A stretch of 58,209 nucleotides of DNA, filler included, from Sphacelaria rigidula (GCA_964200075.2; 7 parts of 7 records of this genome joined end to end with filler, not necessarily neighbours in it), one strand, 5' to 3'; shown: positions 14,013-26,236, counted from the whole stretch's first letter. A program made the numbers and translations. Notes: generated from the sequence alone by a model not told the origin.

Positions 14013-14077
14013 GCCTGCTGCTGTTGCAGTATCTTCAACATCAGAGGTGGAACACACACGTGTACAGGACAAGGTCG
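13295..14077 (-). CDS. Exon of polyQ gene (long CAG/CAA tracts)
   Basis: Open frame of ORF 13193-14059; donor CAG|GTACGG at 13294; acceptor CCCCAG at 14078, or upstream at 14194 if the disrupted part is included. Confidence 0.7.
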
Positions 14078-14488
14078 CTGGGGTTACGTCTTCAGATACA
14101 GCGCAGCAAGATCCATCGAAAAAAAATGGCGTTCAGCTATGGACAGTCGAGGAGCGACAACATCGCAAGGGTGAACCGTATAAAGTGCGCCGTCTGATTC
14201 GATGAAACAAATCAATACGCCGATGTCTGAAAGCACAAAAACGCCCACGAAACCCATTCCGAGCTCAAGATATCATGACAACAAGAGAACACGAAGCAAC
14301 GACGACCCGAAAGCCTCCTCTCGTGTTTCATGAAAACAACATCGATCCTCCCCGCAGCGGCAGGCCCGCAACGCAGATCCACAGGTACTGAACAGAATGC
14401 ACGCGCACACACAAGCACGTGCGCGCGCCACGTGTTCATCGCTAATCGAGTGAAGCTGGCACAGCTCAAGGGTTCCAGGCATTCTCAC

Positions 14489-15298
14489 CTGTCGCCTCCG
14501 CATTTCTTCAACAGCCATCTCCGCGCCAACACTTCCTCCTCGCCCATGACCGCCGGCCACGCTGCCATTACTCAACAACCCCCCGCCAGTTCCCGCCACG
14601 GACCCCTGTCCGATAGGGAACGCCAACGGATTTCCCCCAAAGGCACCCGCTCCTGACAGCTGTTGCTGTTGTGGCTGTTGCTGCGATTGCTGCGGCAGCA
14701 AAGACGACCCCGCTCCCCCGATGGACGGGGAAGATTGCTGCTGGGGAGGCGGGTAGAGCGGAGGCGCGGGCGGTGAGGTAGGCCGGGATGGTTGCTGCTG
14801 ACGTACCACACCGCCACCACCGGCTTGTTGCTGCATCATGCCTGCATGCTGCTGCTGCAGTGATTGTTGCAGGTATGCTGGCGGCGGGGTCGGCGGCGGA
14901 GGGGGTTGCGTCGCCCCCCCTAGCTGGAACGGCGGCTGCTGCTGGCGGGGCGGTGGCGGGGTCGGCCGCGGAGGAGGTTGCGTTGCCCCCCCCAGCTGGA
15001 ACGGCGGCTGCGGCTGCTGCTGCTGCTGCTGCTGCTGCGGTGGCGGCGACGGCTGTCTCGATTGCTGTTGTGACTGCTGCGCTTGTTCGAAAGCCTCGCG
15101 CCTTTGCGACTCCGGCAAGCGTGCAGCTGCCAGTTTTTTCATCAACATGCCTACCTCCGCGCTGCTCGCGCCGCCTCCCCCGCCTCCGCCTTCGGACTGC
15201 TGCTGTTGCTGCGTTCCATTGTTCTGAGGTTGGGGTTGAGCCGATCCCCCACCGCCACTCCCCCCAAAGAGGCCGCCCGCTCCACGCCCTCCCCCTCC
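14489..15298 (-). CDS. Exon of polyQ gene (Q/P/G-rich low complexity)
   Basis: Acceptor GTGCAG|GGA, donor CAG|GTGAGA, 810 nt, open, phase 0. Confidence 0.8.
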
Positions 15299-15926
15299 CT
15301 GCACGTACAGTGGCAAAGGTATTGCCGTTACAATTGGTCGTGTCATGTACTGCGCGGATGATATTGCGCCTCCACGTATTCTAGTGGTACATGGGCCACA
15401 AAATAAAAATGCGTACTACAGACGCGAAGTAAAGTGGCACGCAGTTTTCTGAGGGGCAACAAAATACTATGGAGAGCTGATTGACCTATATTCCTCCGTC
15501 GATGGCTATTTTCAGCCATGGTACTTTGGAGCGGATGGGCTTTCTGGGCTGCCATTGCTCCCCCCCCCCCCTCTCCCTTCCCCCTCTCCGTTCTACTCGC
15601 TCGGGGTTTTTCTTCATATCAGGTCATCATGTCCGTGTTTTCATGGAGCATTTTTATATCTCACGTGCTACGCGTACCCGCCACCACTGCATTACATGCA
15701 TTACAGGCTTGTGGCTTTTGTTCCGGTGTTCCCTCCTCCGCCCCTGCCCCCGCCCCCCCCCCCCTCGCCGACCCCCAAAACCCTCACGACTTTTACTTGC
15801 GAAGTTTGATAAGTATCCTTCGCCTTGTTTCGAAAGGACTGGACGGACGCCCTATCCAGACCACCGTTGTCACTAGCCGCTACCCCGCACTCGACTCTTC
15901 TCAGACCAAATCATGAAAAAACTCAC

Positions 15927-16184
15927 CAATATCATCCGCTTGAGCATGGCGCTCTTCTCCGCCGCCGACAGCGTGGGATTGGTCGAATCGCTCCCCCCTC
16001 CGCCTTTGTCACTGGCACTTGCACCACGTCCGCCATTGCCTCCACCTCCACCTCCATTCTTCGCAGCGTCTCCGTTGGTGGTGGCCGTCGTCGTTTTGTC
16101 CGAAGACCCCCATGGAGACAAGCGATTGGCGGCAGCCGTTTGGTCCGGCGAAAACACCGTAGCAGCTCCGCCCCCTCTAGTGAC
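15927..16184 (-). CDS. Exon of polyQ gene (Gly/Ser/Thr-rich)
   Basis: Acceptor CCTGCAG|GTC, donor TTG|GTGAGT, 258 nt, open. Confidence 0.7.
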
Positions 16185-17066
16185 CTGCAGGTAAGATATA
16201 TGCGCGTGTGTCCGTGTGCAGCAATGGGCAGGATCGATGGTAGCGACGGCGGCGGCAGCGGTGACAACGGGGTCCCAACTCGTGCTTTCGTGAGCAAAAA
16301 CAAGGAGAGAACTACAGGGTACGACGTACAGCGTGCTTTTCAGACGTTTTCTACACGCGGCTAGATGACAAGCGCTATACAGAATAGCCAGGCACAACAT
16401 GTGTCATAAAGTAAAGGAAGACGACGAGTGCAACAGCAACAACAACCGAGTAGTGGGAGCAATCGGCTCAACTCTAACCAAATAATAGAAGAAAAAAAAA
16501 AAAAAAACTCTGTCCCCTCCCACCCCCCCAAACCTATCGACCCCAGCAAAACACCCCCCCNNNNNNNNNNNNNNNNNNNNNNNNNNNNNNNNNNNNNNNN
16601 NNNNTTAATTAATTAANNNNNNNNNNNNNNNNNNNNNNNNNNNNNNNNNNNNNNNNNNNNTGTTTTACAGCGCCGTTGCCACTCGACGCCAACCCAAGAG
16701 TCTAGAGGTGGGGGGGGGGGGGAGGGAGGAGGAGGGGATGGAGGCAATGCTGTACTCCCGTGCGCGGTGACTATCGCAACATCGCAAGCCTGGGCATAAA
16801 GTCAGTTTCCATTCGACAGAAAAATGGAGATATTTCAATACGGTCTTCACACACATGCACGCAGCTCCTTGTCGAGCAAGGTTCATTGTGACTTTATTGA
16901 TCCCCTCCCTCCACGGGACTGTGATTTGGACCCTGGTTCATTCCACTCCTTATGTACCCGCCCACTACCTCTTATCCTGCGAAGGGATTGAAGGCCTTGC
17001 TCCACGTCACCTCGTACATGCGAGACGAAACGACACTGATGAACACGAGGCCTACCAAGCGCTTGA

Positions 17067-17185
17067 CCCTTTGGGAACCCACTGACGATTTTTGTTTTTT
17101 GTGAATCGTTATTATTTTGACTTGAAAATGACTGAAAATAATGCCGATTCACAAAAACAAAATTCGTCAGTGGGTTCCAAAAGGG
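17067..17185. mobile_element. 119-bp palindromic piggyBac-type MITE
   Basis: TTGA|CCCTTTGGGAACCCACTGACGA...TCGTCAGTGGGTTCCAAAAGGG|TTAA; whole element is a foldback; CCC/GGG ends with a TTAA-like target. Confidence 0.85.
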
Positions 17186-17214
17186 TTAACAAAATGGGGA
17201 GAGAAAGTACGTAC

Positions 17215-20200
17215 ACACATGGAGCAGCAGCAACAGCACTGCGGGATAACAGACGAATCTCCAGCTTCTTCACCCAACGGTCTAATGTTGGCTGGTGGGT
17301 AGCAGGCGAATCAATGCTGTGAGGCGACAAACTTCATGTACATTACATGGTCCAGGCCGCAAAAGACTACTTCACATGTCCCGAGTCTAGTAGCGCAATC
17401 GCAACGTTTTTTTACCTTGGCGTCTACGTCTCGCCACTGCTGCAGCCTCGCCGCAAGGCGCATCCTTGATCTCCGCTTTATGAGCGCCTCCGCGAGCAAT
17501 GTGCCGTGCTCGACACTGTCTCTCCGCCGCCTTTGACGGAGGGCTTCCATTGCAGCTGCGGCCGCCGTCAAACGCCAGCGCTGTAAAGTCTTCAGCTGCA
17601 GTCGCCTGTATCGCCTGCCTGCGCGCGCAACGACCCTCCGGAAGGCGCCTTCTCGTTCGGCGTGCTTTTCACGAGTGTTCGTGTTTGTGTTTTTTGCGCC
17701 GGTTAGGGGTTCATGAGCGGGATGGGGAATATTTGGCGAACGCGACAAGGCCAGCAGAGCTCGTGTTATTTTCGCGGGCGGTGAGCGATGGGATGTTCGG
17801 TGGAACGCCGTGTGTTCGTTTATGTTCGTGTGGGTATAGCGCCTGCGTGCGCGCTACAAAACATTTGCCCTAGCACTCACGAGTTGCACGAGAAAAAAAC
17901 AGGTGATTATATAAGTGTTTCCCTGCAACCCCGAATACGAAAGGTGGCGCCACCGGCGCCGCATCTGCAAAACGAGAGGGGGAAATAGCCGCTTGTCACC
18001 GGTCAGCGACAAGACACACAACAACAACGACCAGGAGCGCTTCTCACCTTCTGCCTCGCTTCTCTACAAGCCACCGCCCACGCTATGAAGGCCCGCTCGG
18101 CCGACCGGCGCCTGGCGCGGCCGAGCACAGCGGTAGCAATCGCCGCTCCGGCTTTCACAGCGGCCGCCTCGTCCGCTTTCTCCCTCAACGCCTGGGCGAG
18201 TCTCTCACTCCTCCCGGCTTTCGCTAACTCTTCCCCGTCCTCCCCTCTTCTCCTGCGAAGTACCCTTCTCTCCCCGGCTAGCCGCGCGAGGCTCTCCTGC
18301 GCTTCCGTGTCGCCCAGCGGCTTTCGCGGTCGACGGCGACCAGTACGTTCGGCTGCGGTGGTGGTGGACGATGCAGACGAGGAGGATGAACGACGGCGTG
18401 CCTTCGCAAAGACTTCTGTTGCTTGCCGCCCGTCATCCCCCGCATCGTATTGCTGCTGTTCCTGCTGCCGTCCATGTGGTTTTCGGGCGCCGCTTCTTCG
18501 CCTCGCCGACGCACCAGCACCACCATCACCGCCTTCCATCACCCTGCCAAACCCAGTCACGAAAGGACTCGAAGAACGCGAAGAGTCTCCTGGGCGATGC
18601 GCGCGGCGCTGGCGATACCTGCCGCTAGTATCAGCCGCATCCTCAGCGACCACAACTGCGGCGGGGGAAGAAGTAGATTCACTGAGAGAAACTGCCTCTT
18701 CTGACGCAGAATACCGAGTGTTGCTCGCGCGGCGAAGCTTATCACCACCTGCAGAGCGACGACTCGCTCGACACGCTGCCACGGCCGCCGCCGCCGCCGC
18801 TGCCGCCACCTCAGAAGCAAGCTCGTCTGTGCGGTCCTCGCGTTCACGCTCGATCGTCGCCGCCTGTCGAGCGGCGCGTTCTTTGGCGGCCCTTCTCCTC
18901 CTCATCTCCTCGGCTTCCGCTGCCGCAGCGGCCGCCGCCACCGCCCCCCGGGAGGCAGCAGCGCTGACGCGCTCCGCTTCTGTCCGGCGCTTGCGCTCGC
19001 GTTCGCGATGGCGGCGACGCTGGTGATCGAGCTCGCGATGGGAACGCTCCATGTCACGCCGGTGTGCCCTTTCTGCCTCTTGGGCCGCGGAGATAGTCAT
19101 CGCTTCCGCCGCTAGGCGATCACGGCGTTCTCGGGCGGCGACAGACGCTGCAGCGCTTGCACGCCAGCTGCGCGAACACGCACAGTGATGGGCATTCAGG
19201 CGATGGTCAGAAAACGAAATGGGGCGGGATGAATTGAGAGATGGTCAGTCAACAAGAGGTTGGTGAAGAGGATCACGGTGAGGGAACGATTCTTGTGGGG
19301 TTGGGGTGGCTTCTGCCACTTCGTTTTTCAGGGAAAGGAGCTACTTTTTCGTCCCAAGAAACCAAGGAGTAAACAGCACACTACAAGATTTCAAAGTACC
19401 AACACCATCACAACAATAATAACGCTGCCGATGCTGTGCCCATCTCGGAGGAGAGGGGGGGAAGCGGAGGGGGGGGGGGTCCGTCTTCAGCCTAGTAGCT
19501 GAATCCGGTACGACGCGTCATGTCAAAATGCAAATAAACGCAAAGGACAACCTTCAGAAAGAAGAGTGATATCGCATGGTACATCACGAAAAACAGACAC
19601 GAAGCAATCCCACTCCGACATTCAGACGGTCAAGAAGATCTCACCGCCAAAGCGCTTCCCTCACGCGCGCGCGTTCCCTTTGCGTCGTCCGTGCTTTAAG
19701 CTTTGCGCGGAGGCGGTCCGCTTCCACGGCGGCGGAGCTAATGTGCGCTCGGAGAGCCCTCTGTTCATCCTTACGCCTCTTCTCCTCCCGCCACTTCGCG
19801 TCCGCCTTGCGCTGCTCGCGGCGCAACCGCTTTTCCTCCATCTGCCGGTCTATCTCGTTCTTCTGTAATTGTGCCGTGTTCCAGTTTGTGGTGTTCGATA
19901 TAATGAAACAGCCGCAAAACAAAACAAAAAACGAAATAGACACGTGTCGGTGGCACAACTTCTCTGTATGTCTTCCCCTTTTCCCCCCTCCCTCCCGCCC
20001 CCCCCTGTGCGTTGTGTGATTTCCAATATTTCAATACTTTGTCCGTGCATACCTGGCTACCACTGAAGTAACGATACTCCCACCCGTATCGCTGAATAGG
20101 TTTGACACGCAATTCTGCAAGCAGCTAGTTTGTCGGGTTATCGACTCGTCCGTGAATCAGATATTGACAACCTGTTTGGAATCTATTAGTTTGCGATCAT

Positions 20201-22875
20201 CGGTCCCCCTTCGTGTATAGTAAATCAAGCGCACTCATCACACAGCAGCACCGAATTGTCAGTCAAGCCAGCAGAAAAAATGCCAAGAGGCATTCGCAAC
20301 ACAGTCTAGTCACACAGGAAAATAGTATTGCCGTTCCGCACTACACTCGCCTGCCTCTGAAGATCAGATACCACATTCCTGAGGTCCCTGTTTTGCTCCG
20401 CGAGGCGACGGCTGTCTTTTATACGTCGGCGCTCGCGTGCCTGGATCGCCGCAGCCTCCTCTCGCATGCGGTGTGCGGCAACTCTGTCCATCTCCACGCT
20501 CTGAACTTCCACGGACCGCATACTCGCTGCTAAATGAAGGGCGGGGCCCACACAGGGAGCCCAGATGGGGCAAAAATCAGAACTGCATCGTGAACGACTG
20601 AGAGAATTGTTTCGAGGCTGTCGCTCAGCAAAGTGGAGATGTATATGGCCTGCGGCCAGTCGCGGAAGGCAGCGCACACGTATTAATTCGAAGACTGTGC
20701 AGGGATAGTTTGCTTTCAACGCTCTGCCGTGGATACACAAAGTTCGGCTTCACCGTTGACGAGGGAAAGGGATAGCTGCACTCTCCTCGCGATAAAAAGA
20801 AATGCAAGGACTGCAGAAGGAAGGTGGAGTACTGAAACAGAATAAGTGACAAAAAGTCCTGTGTTGACATTCCCCCCTACGTGATCCCGGCTGATACGCC
20901 CACATATCCCGGAAGGTGTAGACTAGCGTGCAGAATAGAGGGGACGACAACACAAACACCACACGCACCGTAGCTCTAGTAACAACTACTACGTCAAAAA
21001 TGTCATCAAAACAGACTCCTGACTCCAGCAGCACTTCGAGCTTAGTTGCAGCGACGTACCGTGCCCTTGGCAAAAGAATATTGCATCGCCTCCCCCCCCC
21101 CCTTCCCCCGCACTCGTGTAGTGGCAGCATGTGCACTACACAAGGAGGAGCGGGACGTGCTAGGTGGCATGATATCGTTTGATACATTATAATAGACAGT
21201 AGGGAGAAAACGATGGCTATACTAGGAGATAGATGGTGGCCACAGACGGCGAAACAGGACGGGGATAAGATATGTAGAAGGTTTGGGGGTCATGTATGGA
21301 AGGAACGCAATGAGCACCGGAATGTTGGAGTGTCTCTATTAGGAGTAGGAACGGGGCTCCGTCTCGAAAGGAGTGCGTGGTCAATGGTCAAACGACTAAG
21401 GCAAGCAAAATATGAGTACCCCNNNNNNCCGTCCGGGATTTGTAGGGATGCGAGGTCAATGGTCTTATGACCATGGTATGCATGATCATGAGTACACCCT
21501 CCCTAGAGGAGGCCGACAAAATCTGCACCCAGCGACAGCAAACATGGCCACCCCAGCGAGGGGCAGAAACTTACCATCCAGGCCGCTTGGAAGAGGGCGC
21601 GCAATCGGCACTACACGCGTCCTCGCCAGCGCCGTAAACAAAGCCGCGTTGGACTGCTCCAGCAGAGCCAGCTCGCGGTCCACAGCGCCAAGATCAGTGC
21701 TCTCTCCGGTACAGATTCGGCATGAATTGCCATCGGTATTCGCTGCACCGCGATACTCTAGTTGTGGCGCCTGTCACGCGTTGTTTTGCAATCATGGCAG
21801 CAGTAGTGAGAGGAATTGTGTTCAAGGGTACTCTATTTGATGTGGGGAATAACCTTGCATGCCACAGACATGAAACCATTGACCTCGCATCCCTACAAAG
21901 CCAGGACGGAGCACGCCGGACTTTCGCCGGACCAGGCTTGCAATCAATCACCAAGCGCGAATCGCCGTGATGTTTCGGTCCGAGTCGCATGAAGGGTGAG
22001 CTGCATCCTGCCAAGATTGTTCGGCCCGGAGCGCACTGATCATCTTGCATTTAGACAGTTGCTTCATTTTCTGGTGTCGCCACTTCCAGCGACAGGTACG
22101 GCTTATACACTGCTTTACGGGCGTCTCACCATTTGAACACCACGTAGTACGATCCTCCCCTTTGGGCCGAGTTGAGAATCTGTCCCCCCCGCACAATATG
22201 ATCTAGCTCGACCACCATCACGATGACCGCAAAAAAAAACGCAAGCGCGCAAAAAAAAAAACCGCAACCTGGTTGCCTAGCCCACGCAGTGAGTGACGTG
22301 CTTTTCAGCGCCATCGCCAATCGACGCCAACCCCATAGGGGTCCGGCCTTACAAAGTCGGGACGGAGTACGCCGGGTTTTCGTCGGACCAGGCTGGGGTG
22401 CGTGACGGGCGTGACTGTGGATATCATACAAAAGCAAGACATGCGCGCGGTTCACAGCACACGTGCTCCCTCATTTACTTCGCGCTGTTTTCGCTTGTTT
22501 CATCAACCTCGAAGCACGTGCTGATACGTTGGTATCGTGCTGCTTTTATCTCGACAAGGTACTCTCAGGAAATCAGTCACATTTGGTCGGGTATCCACGT
22601 GGCAATGAACACATGTTTTCTCGAAGACAGCTGTCGCTGCTGCAGCACAGGACGGTATAGCTGGTCTGCATACAAGCCGCCGCAGGCACAAAATCCGGAT
22701 GAAAACGCGAATAAAGCAGGGTATCCAACGGCGACGGTATTTTCACGCGCATGTCGAGCGCACAAATGTTCGGCGACCTCGAAGTACTTACCGAAAGTCC
22801 CGGACCACGTTTAAGGTCGCGGACGGCCAGGGGCGCGCCAGTTTCACTTAGCGCTGCATCAAGCACAGTCTTGAC
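17215..22875 (-). CDS. Partial multi-exon gene: R/A/E-rich coiled-coil protein with Sfi1-like Trp repeats (possible centrin-binding/centriolar protein)
   Basis: Phase-consistent exons 22875-22792, 21770-21575, 20529-20351, 19862-19645, 19167-18048, 17664-17416, 17291-17215. Motifs ALWRWR, AFIAWA, LQRWR, LQQWR resemble Sfi1 repeats; function is inference. Confidence 0.75.
20700..20962 (+). mobile_element. 5'-truncated copy of the tRNA-derived SINE at 56696-57038
   Basis: Diverged reverse complement of 56700-56910 (…CCCACATATCCCG…GTAGACT…CAGAATA.AGGGGACGACAA, AC-rich tail). Confidence 0.75.
21124..21420 (+). mobile_element. 3' fragment of LINE family 2
   Basis: AILGDRWWPQTAKQDGDKI coding end plus tail GCGTGGTCAATGGTCAAACGACTAAGGCAAGCAAAATATGAGTACCCC; homologous to 46896-47990 and 51780-52782. 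Confidence 0.8.
21857..22398 (-). mobile_element. ~540-bp non-coding element with 46-bp terminal direct repeats and a LINE-family-2-like 3' end (putative SINE)
   Basis: Direct repeats at 21893-21937 and 22349-22394. Other copies or fragments at 8331-8392, 16669-16696, 21429-21503, 31330-31724 plus 33174-33220, and 46569-46890. Confidence 0.75.
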
Positions 22876-23587
22876 CTGTGCCGGCCGAACGCGGAGGTGC
22901 GTGCGTAGAACAACGGAAACGACGCGTGTGGTTTCAGTAATGAAGGCACGCAAAGAGAAAGAGAGGGGGAAAATCGCTTCTGAAATGACCAGCAAAACAC
23001 CGCACATGGTCTACCATTACCTAGTTTGGGTTCCGAGTTTGGCGGGGAAGGATGACGGGGCACGAAAACACCGATCAAAGTAGGTCAGTGCACAACGTCT
23101 TGAGCGTTCGCTGTACCACATTTTCGTGGGGAAAAAAAGTTCGGTGGTTAGTTGGTTCACTTCCGTTTATGCCACGACCATAGATTCTCACCATCGTTTT
23201 GGTGTTTGGGTTTTTTTTTTTTTTTTCCTCTCGTGACTCCTTATTTTCCCTCTTTTATTTATCGTTTTCCAACAACACAGTAGAAATGTTTTCGGTTTTG
23301 CGGTTTGAGTGGTTCTGGGAAGGAACTTTTTCGATATCGAAGTCACTTTCCGCCTTTTTCGTGTCTCTGCTGATCGAAGCAACAGAGCTGTAATTTGTAT
23401 TTTTAATTTGCAATTTTTCGTGTGCGGGGAGCCGTTTAGTTTGTTTTCGGGCAAGGCAATTTCGTTCGTTTCGTTATTTCGAGGTTCGGGTGGAAACTTA
23501 GACGCACACGCTACGGTAAAGCCAATACCTACTTCAGAGATGGCGTCACGGTAGTGTCGTCAGTGGCACCGGGCCTGCTCTTCGATT

Positions 23588-23690
23588 TGATTGATTGATT
23601 GATTGTCGCACTTTAACTGACCCCCCAGGGGTCATGATCCAGGCGTGGTCACATGATAGACGTGCCCAAGACAGAACAAAACCTAGACAC
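23588..23690 (-). repeat. Retroposon 3' end with (AATC)n tail; related fragment at ~2339-2420
   Basis: TTGATTGATTGATTGTCGCACTTTAACTGA…GATCCA..CGTGGTCACAT motif shared with 2339-2395. Confidence 0.55.
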
Positions 23691-23892
23691 TCGCTGAAGA
23701 AAAAAAAGGAACAGAAAAAGTCGAACAGAACGACATCGTAGACTAGGACGTGAAAAAAAAAATGAATGAAAAGTCAAGAAAAGCATAGCACAGAAAGAAA
23801 TAGCCGGTCTGAAACAAAAAAAGAAGAGAAAAGAAGATAATAAAGAAGAGAAGAAAGAGCAAAAAAAAAGAAGGGAGAAAGCCCAAAGGATT

Positions 23893-24890
23893 CAGGGCAG
23901 CAAGGTACGGTTTTCTGTATACCCCGGATATTTTTCCGGGTATGTACCGTACCCGACAGTTCTGTGAATTCTGTAAGATTTTCATACCGGTACCCGACAG
24001 TTCTGTAATCTCTGTAAGACTTTCACACCCTTAACCGATAGTTCTGTAAGTTCTGTACACTACACTAACCCGAACCCGAAGGGCGGGTATACCCGAGAAG
24101 AGTTACCCGATTGCCGGTACCGGCTCTCTGTAAGCCTCCCATACCGTACCCGACGAGTTTTGTAAAGTCTGTAATACTTTCATACCGGTACCCGACAGTT
24201 CTGTAAGTTCTGTACATAACATTTACCCGAACCCGAGGGGCGGGTATACCCGAAAATAGTCACCCGACTGCCGGTACCGGCTCTCTGTAAGCCTCCCATA
24301 CCGTACCCGGCAAGTTCTGTAAAGTCTGCAAGACTTTCATACCGGTACCCGACAGTTCTGTAAACTCTGTGACACTTCCAAACCGGTACCCGACAGGTCT
24401 GTAAACTCTGTACGGAATCTCATACCCTACAGAACGTACCCGTACCTTACAAAACACAGCCTTGGTAAAGTAAATACAGACACACACCAGTGGGCACCCC
24501 AGCTCTCCAGGTGGTCGAAATCCTCGCCTCGTCCCTATCCCTACGTGATGACTACCAGGGTCGGGATAAATAAATCAATTGAATGGAATCGCAACGCGGA
24601 CATGAATAGATTCGGCGCAGTTGTGCGGGTGGCATGTCGAGATCGGCGACTACCGCGGCAGGGTATCGAAGTTTTCAAGTACCGTGGTAACCGCAATGAT
24701 TGAATTTCGCCACATGCATACCGTAGCCGCACCGCAGTATCGGAGACCAATATGCCGTGTTCCGAGCGAAAACAATCGAAAGCAATAGCACCCCTTGCCG
24801 TACCGCAGAAATCCACAGGCACCATAGGTAAGGTACCGTACCGAGCGTACCCCCGGTATTTACCGGGGTATCCCATACCGTGGTATACAT
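23893..24890. mobile_element. hAT-like non-autonomous element (left end; runs to contig end) with subterminal tandem repeats
   Basis: Starts CAGGGCAGC; more than 10 copies of ATACCGGTACCCGACAGTTCTGTAA variants at 23945-24450, with related GGTACC motifs again at 24790-24890; right TIR not in the contig. Confidence 0.65.
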
Positions 24891-25219
24891 NNNNNNNNNN
24901 NNNNNNNNNNNNNNNNNNNNNNNNNNNNNNNNNNTTAATTAATTAANNNNNNNNNNNNNNNNNNNNNNNNNNNNNNNNNNNNNNNNNNNNACTTGGTTTT
25001 AGTGTATTTGATTCGACTCGTACGAATCGATCCCTAGCCTTTGTTTTCAGCGTTGCAACCCAGGCACACGCAACCCAGCAAAGTGGAATGGCGCAAGAGT
25101 TACGTGGATACCTCATAGACCAGCGGTCAACTTTTTTCTCCGTTATGGGCAATCAGGCTGAAGACATCGTGGATTTGGTGATTCGTAGTCCTGATGATTC
25201 GCCCTAACCGTGAAGAGAT

Positions 25220-25339
25220 CACTTTGTCAAGAAGTGTGCTGCGACAGTATCGAATCTATTGTCTATCGCTGTTATTCGACACTGTACGCAGTATAGCAAG
25301 AGGCAAAAGATGCGATACGCAGTACACTTTTTGACAGTG
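25220..25339. mobile_element. 120-bp foldback MITE with CACT-type ends
   Basis: CACTTTGTCAAGAAGTGTGCTGCG … CGCAGTACACTTTTTGACAGTG inverted pair; no clear TSD. Confidence 0.6.
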
Positions 25340-25686
25340 TAATCTATTGTCCAGGGTGTGACGAGTAGTGTCCCGACTGGCACCATTCCGATGGAGAGAA
25401 CGTGAGCTCGATTCTCAATGCTTTGTGTTTTTTGTTCAAAGTATCTGATTTTCCACCGTCGAAAGCGTGAGTACGTGAGTAAGCTACGAGTATTATTGAG
25501 ATTTTTTCATGAAAGCTGACGCGGTGTAATGCGACCGGTGCCGCGCCGGCCAGCACTACTGCTGCAATGTATGCAAACATCGAGCATATTCTCCGTCGTT
25601 GTTCCAGCAGTTTTCGGATTTTTTCCCGGGGCTAATGCTGACGCACCTTGAGCGTTTTGCTCCCCCCACACAACTAACTGCATGTA

Positions 25687-26236
25687 AAGTAGTGGGCGGT
25701 TTAACTATTCATTTTGTGGCATTTTGTGATATTTTCGTAATTGGCGATTTTCTGGGGCTCTTGTTGCTTGCCACCGCTCATCACATCGGCGATCTGAAGA
25801 TATTTGTATCCTCTCCACATTCCAAGAAGAAAAAATCATTTGTACTCAATATTGAGTGACTTACGGGCTGACCGATCATCGGAGGTCCTGCCACGTTTCA
25901 GCGCAGATTCTTACTCTTCTGTATTCTCGGCCGATCGAGCATGTCCCGATCATATTTGCAAAGAAATGTACAGTTTCATTTTTTTGAAATTTTGTCTACT
26001 CATTGCACTAGGCCGAAAAACTGTTTTTCACGGTCAATAACACCCTCCTGATGAACGGGGTATTTACTCGTTTCGCCCGATAACACCAACATACACTGAC
26101 GTGGGCACTGTGTTTCGAGGATGATCTGTTGTGCGGTACCAAAATTTACCCACGCTAGCAATTTCGAGTTCTATTGAAGAGTAGTACGCGAGGAAAATCC
26201 CAAAACACCACAAAATATTTAGACCGCCCACTACTG
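25687..26236. mobile_element. Tc1/mariner-type MITE (~550 bp)
   Basis: TA|AAGTAGTGGGCGGTTTAA…TTTAGACCGCCCACTACTG|TA; ~50-bp imperfect TIRs, TA TSD. Confidence 0.75.

Larger units (their letters stand above)
8700..16184 (-). pseudogene. Multi-exon polyQ/G/P-rich gene with repeated unrecognised globular domain, apparently pseudogenised
   Basis: Phase-0 GT-AG exons 16184-15927, 15298-14489, 14193(or 14077)-13295, 10753-10685, 10569-10435, 9814-9701. Exon 10569-10435 (45 codons) has 3 in-frame stops; 14193-14078 has TAG, TAA and a 1-nt shift. Diverged duplicated blocks at ~11000-11570 and ~9070-9590. Lower boundary approximate. Confidence 0.6.

Noticed and set aside
15927..17291. One continuous minus-strand gene spanning 9-23 kb
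   Set aside because: An artificial linker at 16561-16660 separates unrelated contigs.
18085..19026. 313-aa plus-strand ORF (and similar ORFs at 13574-15384, 36292-37691, 38148-38663)
   Set aside because: Antisense shadows of GC-rich minus-strand exons or Copia pol.
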